Shown piece by piece: positions 9,662-19,882 of a DNA stretch of 64,000 nt; the stretch's first letter is position 1, and each line of letters opens with the position of its first letter. The notes under the pieces were generated by a model. The model was not told where the DNA came from, did not search any database, and worked only from the letters and a program-made list of their open reading frames with translations. Both the position numbers and the translations under genes were made by a program. Location of the stretch: the NCBI GenBank assembly GCA_965648915.1, contig CBFGIV010000007.1, positions 132 to 64,131 of the forward strand, in the 5' to 3' direction. The stretch is from a candidate division WOR-3 bacterium (GTDB lineage Bacteria; Hydrothermota; Tepidihabitantia; SM23-42; CAYGYG01).

Positions 9662-10711
9662 CTAATCCCTCTTGGTTCGAATGATTACCTTTTCATACAG
9701 TGAGATATTTTCTAATATCTTACCAGCACCCAGAACAACGCAATCCTGGGCATTCGGGGCGACCTTTACTGGCAAATTGGTTTCTTCGCGGATGAGCAGA
9801 TCAAGCGCTCTTAAAAGAGAACCTCCACCGGCCATATAAATACCATTGGTAATGATGTCGGCGGCGAGTTCGGGCGGCGTTCTTTCAAGAGTAAGACGCA
9901 CCGCCTCAATAATCATTGCGATCGGTTCTTGAATTGCCTCGCGGACCTGGCGGGTCGAAATCTTTATTGTCTTGGGTATTCCTGACACCAAATCTCTTCC
10001 CTTGACCTCCATCTCACCTTCCTCATCAGTTGGAAAGGCCGATCCAATCTTGATCTTCAACTCTTCTGCCGTCTGCTCACCGATTATTACATTGTAATTC
10101 TTCTTAACATACTGGATAATCGCATCATCCATTTCATCACCGGCGATTCTGATCGAACACTGACTTACAATTCCCGACAGGGCAATTACCGCAATTTCGG
10201 TCGTCCCACCACCGATATCGATTATCATATTGCCCTGCGGTGAATGAACCGGCAAGCCAACACCAATTGCTGCTGCAATCGGCTCCGATACAAGATAAAC
10301 TTCACGCACCCCGGCCGCCTGGGCTGAATCACGAACTGCCCGCTTCTCAACCTCGGTAATCCCTGAAGGCACACAGATGATGACGCTGGGTCGTGTAAAA
10401 AAACGTTTCTTCCGTGCCTTGGTGATCAAGGTCCTGAGCATCAACTCGACCATCTCAAAATCGGCAATCACGCCATCCTTCATCGGACGAATCGCCTTTA
10501 TCTCATCTGGTGTCCGGCCCAGCATCTTTTTGGCTTCATCGCCGACCGCGAGGAGTTTTTTAGTTACCGTATCAATTGCAACAACGGACGGTTCCCTTAA
10601 AACCACCCCCCGTCCCTTTACATAGATAAGCGTCGAGCAGGTGCCCAAATCGATAGCAATATCATTAGAAAATAACTCACCAAGGTTTTTGATCCATTGC
10701 CTGATTTTCAC
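9662..10711 (-). CDS. mreB: rod shape-determining protein MreB
   Basis: IAIDLGT, EPSVVA, RPMKDGVIADF, DIGGGTTE, AGGGSLL. Confidence 0.97.
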   Translation of the reverse strand: MKIRQWIKNLGELFSNDIAIDLGTCSTLIYVKGRGVVLREPSVVAIDTVTKKLLAVGDEAKKMLGRTPDEIKAIRPMKDGVIADFEMVELMLRTLITKARKKRFFTRPSVIICVPSGITEVEKRAVRDSAQAAGVREVYLVSEPIAAAIGVGLPVHSPQGNMIIDIGGGTTEIAVIALSGIVSQCSIRIAGDEMDDAIIQYVKKNYNVIIGEQTAEELKIKIGSAFPTDEEGEMEVKGRDLVSGIPKTIKISTRQVREAIQEPIAMIIEAVRLTLERTPPELAADIITNGIYMAGGGSLLRALDLLIREETNLPVKVAPNAQDCVVLGAGKILENISLYEKVIIRTKRD

Positions 10712-10911
10712 TAAAACCTCCTGACCGATAGACCTTCTCGTCTGTAAACAGAAGACTTTTTATTGAAACAAGCGCCTGATGCTATATCATATTCAAAAGT
10801 TCCCGAAAGTCAATAGATACTTAAAATCGGATTGATCGAGGATTAAGGGTCCAATTTTATTAAATTTCGTAAAAATATGAGTTCATTGACACATAAGACT
10901 ATTTGAATATA

Positions 10912-12282
10912 ATGAAAAGTGTGCGAATACCAGAGATAATTTCTTCGGTTAAAAAAATTAAAAACAAAACCAAAGTCTATCTCGTGGGTGGGGCAGTCCG
11001 TGATCTCTTAATGGGGATCGAACCTAAGGATTTCGACTTTGTCGTCGAGGGTAAAGGTATTAAGTTCGGGAAAAATTTTGCAAAATTTATAAAAGGTACC
11101 TTTGTCCTGCTAAGTACCGAAGATGATGAGGCAAGAGTCGTTAAGGATGATTACAATTTCGATTTCAATGGTCTGGGGAATGAATCCCTCGAGACCAACC
11201 TGAAAGACCGTGATTTTACCATAAACACCCTGACGGTTGATCTGGATCAGATTGATAAAATTATCGATCTTCATTCGGGGCTTGAACACCTCGACGCCCG
11301 AAAACTCGTTCCTGTCTCCAAGGATTCGCTCAAACTCGACCCTCTCCGTTTGCTCCGCGGTTTCCGCTTTGCGGTTGAACTGGGTTTCGAACTCCAGCGC
11401 CCCTTCTTTATTCAAGCCCGGAAAGTCAAACTCGACCGAGTCGCACCCGAAAGAATCAGTTATGAACTGATGCGAATTTTGTCAAACGACAGTTCCTTTC
11501 CATATATTAAGATGATGAATCGTCTCGGGATTTTTCAACAGATTATGCCTGAGGCACAGCCGATAATAAAAAATCGAACACTCTGGAAACACTCACTTAT
11601 CACCTACCAGTCAATCGAGGAGTTAATAAAAAAGCGAAAGTCGGTATTCAAAAAATATGAGCGAGAATTTGATGAATATCTCTCGACACCAAGAAAAAGA
11701 GGGCTTCTCAAACTCGCCGGTCTTCTTCACGACATCGCCAAGCCCCACACCCAACTTATTACAAGTCGAGGTGAAACTCATTTTTATGGCCATGATACCA
11801 GGGGTGCAAAATTGGTCGAAACAATCGGCTATGAACGATTAAAATTATCCCGGGCCGACATTGATACCCTGATTACTCTGGTCAAGGAACATATGCGTCT
11901 CCATCTTTTGGCAACAGGCCCGGAACTAACCGATCGGGCAATTCGGAGATTCTTCCGAGATCTGAGACAAGAATATGCCGGAGCAATGATCCTGGCCTGG
12001 GCTGATGGTTATGCAACTGCGGGTCATACCCGACATCTCGAAACAACCTTTCAGCGAATGCTCGAGCTTAAGAGGGCGGATGAGGCCAAACCCAAAATTG
12101 AAAGGCTGATCAACGGTTATGACCTGATTGAAGAATTGAAGATCACCCCCGGGCCTATCTTTAAGATCATCTTGAACGAAGTCTTCGAGCAACAGCTCGA
12201 AGGGAAAATAAAGAACCGATCCGAAGCCCTGGATTTAGCCAAAAAGATTTACGAAGCAAATAAAGAAAAAGAAAATCGATAA
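10912..12282 (+). CDS. cca: tRNA nucleotidyltransferase (CCA-adding/poly(A) polymerase family) with HD domain
   Basis: LVGGAVRD..DFDF, RDFTIN, DPLRLLRGFRF, LHDIAKP..FYGHD. Start may be ATG10912 or leaderless GTG10921. Confidence 0.85.
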   Translation: MKSVRIPEIISSVKKIKNKTKVYLVGGAVRDLLMGIEPKDFDFVVEGKGIKFGKNFAKFIKGTFVLLSTEDDEARVVKDDYNFDFNGLGNESLETNLKDRDFTINTLTVDLDQIDKIIDLHSGLEHLDARKLVPVSKDSLKLDPLRLLRGFRFAVELGFELQRPFFIQARKVKLDRVAPERISYELMRILSNDSSFPYIKMMNRLGIFQQIMPEAQPIIKNRTLWKHSLITYQSIEELIKKRKSVFKKYEREFDEYLSTPRKRGLLKLAGLLHDIAKPHTQLITSRGETHFYGHDTRGAKLVETIGYERLKLSRADIDTLITLVKEHMRLHLLATGPELTDRAIRRFFRDLRQEYAGAMILAWADGYATAGHTRHLETTFQRMLELKRADEAKPKIERLINGYDLIEELKITPGPIFKIILNEVFEQQLEGKIKNRSEALDLAKKIYEANKEKENR

Positions 12283-12323
12283 CTGTTGAAATTTTTCAAA
12301 AACCCTTGATTAAAGTTTTTTCA

Positions 12324-14060
12324 TTACTTCAGTCGAACTATCTTGCCTTCCATACATTGATGGTCGATATTTATTCTGAGAAAATAGATACCTGCAGGTA
12401 ACTGGACAAAAACTTTTTCGCTATAAAATCCAGCATTTAACCTCTTTGCAAAAAGTTTCGCCATTCTCTTACCCGTGCAGTCATATATTTCAGCCTGAAC
12501 AATTGCCGGGAACTGCAAATTATAGGAGAATTTGATTGGCTCGTTCGAAAAAACTGGATTGGGATAAATTACGAACTTCAAATTACCAGACCGGTTTCGG
12601 ATTTCATCAACTTTTACTGTGGTATTCCTGAAAAGATAGGCAACGCCATTGGTGTGGTCAGAAAGAAGAAGCTCCCGATCGGACGAATAGTTATATTTGA
12701 AAATAACCTTGCTCTGAGGAGGAATTGCATTCTTAAGGGAGATCCATCCCGATTTGATATTATAGCAATAATCGCTCAACGGTACAGGGTTACCATTTAT
12801 CGTTATTGCAATTAGTCTCTCAATTGGTGCAATCGACAGATAAAAAAGTTTCTTGGTTCCTGAAGCAACGACGGTGTCCTCCTTATACCTGATTCCATCC
12901 CGGTCAACATCGCCTAAGTCAATGCCATAACCACCTGAAACCGCTGAACGCCAAGCATAGGTCCGGTTTAAGGTTCCCGAAATATTTTCATAAACCGCAC
13001 CAAAAGTTCCATTATTAACCGCCCAGTCAAGATAACCATCAGCATTTAAATCTCCGAAAAGCCCAGCTCCCGAAGGCGAGGCGTCGCTGGATTGCCAGGA
13101 AGGATTACTTTCAAGGCTATCACCGAGATTTTTGAAAACGAAATTAACCTTCGGGTCAGTGAAACCGCAGGCAACACCAACATCGAGCCTGCCATCTTTG
13201 TCAAGATCGCCAACTGATAAACCGACCGCAGCAACATCAGCGATGCGTTGTGATCGCCAGGATGCAGATCTTTCCAGTGCACCATTTCGGTTAAAATAGA
13301 TTCGCAATAATGGTTCCTGGGGGTTAATCCCGCTTACCGCCAGATCAAGGTCCCCATCGCTGTCAACATCGATCCAGGCACCACCAAAGTCGAGATTATA
13401 ATCGGTTGCCTGCCACACTGGCTGATCTTCCATTATTCCATTATTGTTCCGGTAAAGTTGCGGATAGGCAAACATATCGGTAATTACCAGATCTAAATCA
13501 CCATCATTGTCAAAGTCACCCCAGTCGCACCAGGTTCCACCTCCATTAGGTGCAATCCAGATTGGATCCCTTGTTAGTGTACCGGCATCATTTCGATACA
13601 ATCTCAGCCGGCCACCCATAAGATAATAGCAGGCAACTGCCATATCCAGATCACCATCATTATCATAATCGCCAAAAGCAGGGGTTACATGGCGGTCAAC
13701 ATCGTTAGACTCCCAGGCAGGCACAGTATCAACGGTGCCATTCCGATTTGCATACAGGTAATTCCTTTCATCCTCGTGAACTGTAATTACTTCTGCAAAA
13801 CCATCGCTGTTTAAATCGACGAGACCAACCCCTAATATACCTCCGTACCACCGGGAAGTCCAGTAAGGTGAAGTTTGAAGAGGAATTGTGAGTTTCTCTC
13901 CACTAGGTTGATTATTTCTCAGACTGTTAACCGGAGTACTCCTCATTAGATTGGAAACTATTGACCTGAGGTCACCGCCACCGGCTTTCTGTCCGGCTGG
14001 TAGTGGATTAACCAATAAGAACAAAACAGTAAACATTCCTGATATATTAAATTTCTCCAT
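12324..14060 (-). CDS. secreted FG-GAP/VCBS-repeat beta-propeller protein with T9SS-type-A/FlgD-like CTD
   Basis: Repeated GDxDxDGDLD motifs; signal peptide; CTD IYPNP..IYDCTGK..GIYF. SD AGGAGG favours ATG14060. Confidence 0.8.
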   Translation of the reverse strand: MEKFNISGMFTVLFLLVNPLPAGQKAGGGDLRSIVSNLMRSTPVNSLRNNQPSGEKLTIPLQTSPYWTSRWYGGILGVGLVDLNSDGFAEVITVHEDERNYLYANRNGTVDTVPAWESNDVDRHVTPAFGDYDNDGDLDMAVACYYLMGGRLRLYRNDAGTLTRDPIWIAPNGGGTWCDWGDFDNDGDLDLVITDMFAYPQLYRNNNGIMEDQPVWQATDYNLDFGGAWIDVDSDGDLDLAVSGINPQEPLLRIYFNRNGALERSASWRSQRIADVAAVGLSVGDLDKDGRLDVGVACGFTDPKVNFVFKNLGDSLESNPSWQSSDASPSGAGLFGDLNADGYLDWAVNNGTFGAVYENISGTLNRTYAWRSAVSGGYGIDLGDVDRDGIRYKEDTVVASGTKKLFYLSIAPIERLIAITINGNPVPLSDYCYNIKSGWISLKNAIPPQSKVIFKYNYSSDRELLLSDHTNGVAYLFRNTTVKVDEIRNRSGNLKFVIYPNPVFSNEPIKFSYNLQFPAIVQAEIYDCTGKRMAKLFAKRLNAGFYSEKVFVQLPAGIYFLRINIDHQCMEGKIVRLK

Positions 14061-14087
14061 GGCTGACACCTCCTTACTTACTTAATC

Positions 14088-15461
14088 TTAATTTAATAAA
14101 ATCACTGACTTACTTACTCTGTATTCCCTGCCTTCAATCTGCACATAGTAAATGCCCGTTGGTAACTGCCTGCCCATATCATCCTTTCCATCCCAGGTAA
14201 TTGTTATCCTCTGATTTTTATCAGGTATTCGATTAAAAGACCTTACCTGTCTTCCATTGATATCATAGATTCCTGCTCCCCAGCAGCCATTAATCAATCC
14301 AACTTCAAAATTAATCACAGTTTTTACCTTAAATGGATTAGGTTCTATTGTAATTTTAATCGGCGCTTGATGATCCACCACAAGTAGTTTTTCTGATTCA
14401 ATCCCTGAGGCAGGCGAATAGCGCAATATCAATCCATTGGCACCTACTGCCCAGGCATTCCTGCGGTTTGTACCGTGAATATCATAGATTGATGTCGCTC
14501 CTGCATTATCATCCAGCCAGTTTACTCCACCATCAGTTGTGAGCAGAATTCCATTATAATAGTCACCTACCCATCCCCAGAGCGCTTCAGGAAAATAGAC
14601 TCCCCAGAATGGTCTCAGTGATGTCGGATTCCTTGTAAACCATGACAGACCTCCATTTGTTGTGGTTACAATTCTTCCAGGTTCCCGGACACTCATCCCG
14701 CCGGCACCTCCAACGCTCCAGCCATTATTGAGATCAACCATCCAGATACTTGTCAAAAAACCCATCGCCGCTGTTCCGGGTCGCCAGTTATGGACACTTG
14801 TCCAGTTTCTTCCGCCATCGGTAGTCCGCCAGATATGACCATCGGTATTATCCCCCGGATACCCCCAGTTTATTCCACCTGAAACTACACCGATTGAAGT
14901 CGTCACGAAATGGATATCCCAGGGAATGGCCGCACTGGCATTTATTCTTTGATTTACCCAGGTAGTTCCACCATCAGTCGTATAAATGATATAACCAAAA
15001 CTATCTGCCCATCCCGTAACCGTAGCCCAGCCCGTATTACCAATAAAACATACGCCATAGCAGGCCCGCCAGTTCGTATTGCTATTGGTATTAAATTGTC
15101 GGCGCCAAGAAAGGCCACCATCTGTGGTTTTGAGAATCTTCTGACAACTTGTGTCGATGACCGTGTAGTTATCCCGTCCTCCAACTACCCATCCAGTTTG
15201 ACGATTGATGAACCATATACTATAAAAAACTGATTTAGTATCGGTATATGCTGTAACCCAGGTCGTTCCCCCGTTAGTCGTTCGAAGGACTATTCCAGAA
15301 TTATTCTCACCACCTGCCGCCCAGCCATAGAGGGAATCGATAAAAAAAACTGCCTTAAGGTCTAAGGTCGTTCCGCTGTTCTGACGAGCCCAGGTCCCAT
15401 ATACAGACAAAGGGGTTAAGAACACGGAACACAACATCATTATGATTTTTTTATTCTTCAT
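14088..15461 (-). CDS. secreted YCF48/BNR-repeat protein with FlgD-Ig/T9SS-like CTD
   Basis: TTxGGxxW Asp-box repeats; CTD WDGKDDMGRQLPTGIY. Confidence 0.8.
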   Translation of the reverse strand: MKNKKIIMMLCSVFLTPLSVYGTWARQNSGTTLDLKAVFFIDSLYGWAAGGENNSGIVLRTTNGGTTWVTAYTDTKSVFYSIWFINRQTGWVVGGRDNYTVIDTSCQKILKTTDGGLSWRRQFNTNSNTNWRACYGVCFIGNTGWATVTGWADSFGYIIYTTDGGTTWVNQRINASAAIPWDIHFVTTSIGVVSGGINWGYPGDNTDGHIWRTTDGGRNWTSVHNWRPGTAAMGFLTSIWMVDLNNGWSVGGAGGMSVREPGRIVTTTNGGLSWFTRNPTSLRPFWGVYFPEALWGWVGDYYNGILLTTDGGVNWLDDNAGATSIYDIHGTNRRNAWAVGANGLILRYSPASGIESEKLLVVDHQAPIKITIEPNPFKVKTVINFEVGLINGCWGAGIYDINGRQVRSFNRIPDKNQRITITWDGKDDMGRQLPTGIYYVQIEGREYRVSKSVILLN

Positions 15462-15486
15462 TTTACCTCCTTTTTATTACATTATA

Positions 15487-16842
15487 CTACTTCACCAGAA
15501 TAATTTTATGATTGAAGAATCGATTGCCGATTGTTGCTTTTATAAAATAGATCCCGGATGAATACTGATTATCTGTTGGCCAAGAAAGGTAAATTGGTCT
15601 TTCGACAAATCCATCATATAAAGTTTCTATCCGTTCCCCGGTGATATCGAAGATCGCTAATTTAATTCTGGTTTTTTCTCTAACATTTAATTTCACGCCC
15701 GTCTGCCTTACCGCAGGATTTGGTGAGATTATAATAACTTCACCAGGTTGAGATTTTATTACCCACTCATCAATACCGACAACCTGGCTGTCACTACGCG
15801 CATAGTAAATCTCTGAAGAACCCTCGGGCATACCATAAAATGTTACATGTCCAACATCCATTTTATCAATATCGAAGACACCTTTATGAATGATTTCATC
15901 CCAGTAGGAATTATTCGTTATCGGGTATTTCTTCCAGGATCCTGTTTTGTTTGTAATATAATAAATTTCAGGGCCAGGGACACGAGTATATACAATGTGC
16001 ACAATATTAGTTCTATCAACGGCAATCGACGGATCACTACTGAGTCTCATTGAACTATCAAGTGGAACCCAGGTCCAGCTACCGCTAACATTAGTTGCAT
16101 AACATAAGATATAGGGTGGCTCGACCTGCTTCTGCCAGGCAATATGTGACTTATTGTTTTGATCACACTTTATCGAGGGTCGATTATTCCTTGCCCCACC
16201 TCCTGTTACATAGGTTTCAACCCAGTTCCCGGTCTCGTTGCTGACGTGGTACAATTGATTGCTTCTTTCATAAGCGATGTGCACTTTTCCCCGGCCGTCC
16301 AGACACAATGCCGGTGTAAACCCTTGAGATATGTTCCATTCAACCTGCCAGTTACCCGACCGGTTTGTTGCATAGCCAATTCCGTTGCCAATACCGATCT
16401 GATAAGCAACATGGGCATATCCATTGTTATCTACTGCCAGCGAGGGAAAAAATTCCTGACCGGTACTTATCGGGATTTGATTGAGAACCCAGTTGCCACT
16501 CTTATTGGTTGCATACCAGAGATACCCACCCAGACCATAAATGTAGACGATGTGAACTTTACCGTTGCGGTCAACGGCAATTGATGGTAGCCATTCATCA
16601 CTTGAGCCCGAAGCCAGAAGCGTATCTACCCAGACGCCTGTTCGATTAGTCAGATAGCGTAAATCCTTAGACCCTAAGTCTCCCTCATCATAAGCGATAT
16701 GCACTTCGCCGTTTGGATCGACCGCCAGACTCGGCGTCGAGTTACTGACAACATTGTTGGTCATTCGCTGGACGGTCCAACTCATCGAACAGAGAATATT
16801 AATAGTTCCTAAAATCAAGAATAGGATAATGGACTCCTTCAT
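15487..16842 (-). CDS. secreted beta-propeller repeat protein with T9SS-like CTD
   Basis: Repeats of PSLAVD..G..HI.Y....Y.TN..G.W; CTD SPNP..IFDITG..SGIYF. Confidence 0.78.
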   Translation of the reverse strand: MKESIILFLILGTINILCSMSWTVQRMTNNVVSNSTPSLAVDPNGEVHIAYDEGDLGSKDLRYLTNRTGVWVDTLLASGSSDEWLPSIAVDRNGKVHIVYIYGLGGYLWYATNKSGNWVLNQIPISTGQEFFPSLAVDNNGYAHVAYQIGIGNGIGYATNRSGNWQVEWNISQGFTPALCLDGRGKVHIAYERSNQLYHVSNETGNWVETYVTGGGARNNRPSIKCDQNNKSHIAWQKQVEPPYILCYATNVSGSWTWVPLDSSMRLSSDPSIAVDRTNIVHIVYTRVPGPEIYYITNKTGSWKKYPITNNSYWDEIIHKGVFDIDKMDVGHVTFYGMPEGSSEIYYARSDSQVVGIDEWVIKSQPGEVIIISPNPAVRQTGVKLNVREKTRIKLAIFDITGERIETLYDGFVERPIYLSWPTDNQYSSGIYFIKATIGNRFFNHKIILVK

Positions 16843-16861
16843 TTCTCCTCCTGATAATTCT

Positions 16862-18277
16862 CTATCGCATTAAGATTAACTTGTCCTGAGTTCGAAAATT
16901 CGGACTTTCGAATATTATATAGTAAACCCCAGATTGTAATGATTGCCCCTGATCATCCTTGCCATCCCAGATGATTGACGCCTTGGCCAGCCGGAGATCA
17001 AATGATTTAATACGCCGACCCGCAACATCAAAAATATTCACTGAAATCTTAGAATTGACGTCTATCTGTTGAGTTGCCCAATCAATGACCACCTTCTCAC
17101 GAAAAGGATTGGGATAGATCTTGAGGACAACATCATTTCGAGGGATTTTAGGATATTCTTCAGCAACCTCCGCGGTGTAGATAAATTCATATATGTTACT
17201 ATTGGAACTTGTCATATAAAGACGTTTAACACCATCATTTCTTGCATCTGCAACAACCGCATCGCAGTATGCCACACCGCTTGCTCCTTCCCCATCCACC
17301 CAGGTCGAATCCCATCCTGAACCATTCCAAGTGTATTCTAAGGCATATCTCATACCGCCGGTTGTTCCTGAATAGATACGGTTTATTCCATCATTACGGC
17401 CCGGTCCACCAGTTATACAATTAGGCAGATTAGGCATCGAACCGATAAGTACCTTATCCCAACCACTTCCATTCCAGCTAAATTCATACAGCGCCGTAGG
17501 TGTGACATCATGACCGGTGTAGACTCTATTTCTTCCATCATTCCGACCCGGACCGATCCAGACCTTTCGGTAACGGGATGAAACGGAATCTAAGTTCATA
17601 AAAACCCATCCGGAACCGGCCCAGGTATACTCTCGCAATTGAGACCCCTGTTTACCAAAATAAAGACGCTGGATGTTGTCGTTTCGACCCGGACCGATGG
17701 TAATCTCTATTCCACTCCAATCTGTGATAGCCTGATTTGTAACCCAAGAGCTCCCGTCCCAGGTCGATTCAAATGTTCGATTGTTATTGCAATCACAGGC
17801 ATATACTCTATTTCTTCCATCATTTCGACCCGGACCAACTGCAATCCCGTGACCGGCTGATGAACTTGGACTTGAGGGGAAAGTGCACACAACTTCTCGA
17901 TCCCAGGAAGTCCCATTCCAGGAAAATTCATATACTCCGCCGTATTGAGGATTGACAACCGTAAAGGTACAATAGACCCGTATTATACCGTCGTTCTTTC
18001 CTTCACCGAGCGCCACTTCCCATCCCGAGGTCGGTCCCATATCGACGCGATCCCAAGAAGTCCCGTTCCAAGAAAATTCATAGAGCCTTGACCAGCTTGC
18101 CACATAAATCCGGTTTATCCCATCATTTCTACCAGGACCAACTGCAATCCCATATGCCCAGTTAGTAACCGTCCCAATCGAGGACTTGGTCCAACCCGCC
18201 AGAAGGGGCAAAACCAGCAACATATTAAGCCCGACAACACTTATGATCCTGATATTGAAAATAACGCATCTCTTCAT
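16862..18277 (-). CDS. secreted beta-propeller with RSL/AAL fucose-lectin-like repeats and FlgD-Ig CTD
   Basis: About seven repeats of G(P/E)GRNDG..R(I/V/L)Y...E(F/Y)(S/T)W.G..W; CTD WDGKDDQGQSLQSGVY. Confidence 0.7.
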   Translation of the reverse strand: MKRCVIFNIRIISVVGLNMLLVLPLLAGWTKSSIGTVTNWAYGIAVGPGRNDGINRIYVASWSRLYEFSWNGTSWDRVDMGPTSGWEVALGEGKNDGIIRVYCTFTVVNPQYGGVYEFSWNGTSWDREVVCTFPSSPSSSAGHGIAVGPGRNDGRNRVYACDCNNNRTFESTWDGSSWVTNQAITDWSGIEITIGPGRNDNIQRLYFGKQGSQLREYTWAGSGWVFMNLDSVSSRYRKVWIGPGRNDGRNRVYTGHDVTPTALYEFSWNGSGWDKVLIGSMPNLPNCITGGPGRNDGINRIYSGTTGGMRYALEYTWNGSGWDSTWVDGEGASGVAYCDAVVADARNDGVKRLYMTSSNSNIYEFIYTAEVAEEYPKIPRNDVVLKIYPNPFREKVVIDWATQQIDVNSKISVNIFDVAGRRIKSFDLRLAKASIIWDGKDDQGQSLQSGVYYIIFESPNFRTQDKLILMR

Positions 18278-18291
18278 CTTCCCTCCTTTTT

Positions 18292-19692
18292 CTATCGCAT
18301 CAAGATTAACTTGCTGTATGTCCGGAAACCCGGGCTTTCCAGAGTAACATAATAGACGCCCGATGGTAGTACTCGCCCCTGATTATCTTTGCCGTCCCAG
18401 AAAAATTTCCAGTTGCCTTTGTTTAAAGGGCCTTCCTTTATCACCGCCACTACTCGGCCAGCGCCGTCATGAACTCTGAGGTTAACCAGAAGAGCCTGAT
18501 CAAGCATAAATGAAATGGAAATCGGACCGCGACTCGGATTGGGTGATACTGAAAAATTATGATGACGGAGCAGGGAATTTATCTCATTACCAACTCCGGT
18601 GCCCGTTCCTCTAAATTTGACAATATACATATCCCTGCCATTATCGCCCACTGCGTAAAAATCATTCAAGGTATCGGATGCCACATCCATTGATATATAA
18701 CAGGTATGACTGGTCTGCCATAGTAATGTTCCACCCGAATTGTATTTAAAGACATCGGTTGCGCTATTGGCGGCAACAACAATCACATTGTTAAACTGAT
18801 CAGTAGTTACACCACCACCACCGTTGTTATCCCCGCTATCATAAGTTCTCACCCAGATCCGGTTGCCACTGGAATCATATTTAATCGTTACGCAATCATA
18901 ATTAGTGAAGACCAGGGTTCCCGTAACGATAGGATTGTTACTTTTATCAACTGCAAGGCCATAGGCGCCGTCAAAAGGTTCAGGCCCACCTTGAAAGAGT
19001 CGCGTATAGGTTCGATCCCACCGATAGTTGCCGTTCTGATCATACTTTATCGTCAGAAAACCGCAATTGCCCGGCGGTCGAATTGGATAAAAAAATCCTG
19101 CAACATAGATATTATTGAAAGCATCGGTCTTTGCTCTCAATGTATAGCTTGCATACCCGGTGGGAAAAGTCTTTGCCCAGATAAGATTGCCTGAAGAATC
19201 AAATTTCACGGTCAGCGGTTCCCAGTAATCGTTAATATAATACCAGCCTGTGGTAATGATATTGTAATTGTTATCAATGGCAACACCGCACGCGCCATCC
19301 CAGGTTCCGTGAAGATATTCTCGCGACCATTTAAATACTCCATTTTTGTCGTATTTGACAATGAGAAAAGCCGAATTCCCGTTCTGTCGATAGCCTGCGA
19401 CCACAACATCATTCTTTCTATCAACTGCAACCGCCATACCGTGAGTAAGTTTTGCCGCACCAAAACGCCTTGCCCAGATTAGATCACCCCGGGAATTATA
19501 TTTGAGGGTAATAATGCTATCATTTCCTGTCCCTGATCCTTTATAACCGGTAACAATAACATTCTGTTCATAGTCAACCGCAACGCCGCAGGCAATATCG
19601 CCGGTGCCACCTGCATCATAAGACCTTTCCCAGAGGACAGACTGTCCTGAACTAAAAGTTATCAAAAACAGAACAATGATTAATAACCACAT
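18292..19692 (-). CDS. secreted beta-propeller (SBBP-like) protein with FlgD-Ig CTD
   Basis: Repeats VAVD..NN.I.TG......KYD..G...W; SD AGGAGG before ATG19692 (MWLLIIVL signal peptide); CTD WDGKDNQG. Confidence 0.78.
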   Translation of the reverse strand: MWLLIIVLFLITFSSGQSVLWERSYDAGGTGDIACGVAVDYEQNVIVTGYKGSGTGNDSIITLKYNSRGDLIWARRFGAAKLTHGMAVAVDRKNDVVVAGYRQNGNSAFLIVKYDKNGVFKWSREYLHGTWDGACGVAIDNNYNIITTGWYYINDYWEPLTVKFDSSGNLIWAKTFPTGYASYTLRAKTDAFNNIYVAGFFYPIRPPGNCGFLTIKYDQNGNYRWDRTYTRLFQGGPEPFDGAYGLAVDKSNNPIVTGTLVFTNYDCVTIKYDSSGNRIWVRTYDSGDNNGGGGVTTDQFNNVIVVAANSATDVFKYNSGGTLLWQTSHTCYISMDVASDTLNDFYAVGDNGRDMYIVKFRGTGTGVGNEINSLLRHHNFSVSPNPSRGPISISFMLDQALLVNLRVHDGAGRVVAVIKEGPLNKGNWKFFWDGKDNQGRVLPSGVYYVTLESPGFRTYSKLILMR

Positions 19693-19882
19693 ATTTCCTC
19701 CTGATTGGTTATATTCCTTTTTCCTTATAATCGTCGATTGAACGCCATCCCCAGAAAAGTGCCGGAAAGGCAAGCGTCTGATTGGATTTTTTTCCTTTTT
19801 TGCAAGAATTTTTGTTCCTCAATCGTGCTATAACCATCCGCTGTTTTCTGGGGATCTTACTTTTATTTTTTCTCACGATTAT

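Noticed and set aside
10912-12282. Poly(A) polymerase (pcnB) assignment
   Set aside because: The PAP-specific [LIV][LIV]G[RK][RK]F motif is not visible and an HD domain is present, favouring a tRNA nucleotidyltransferase.
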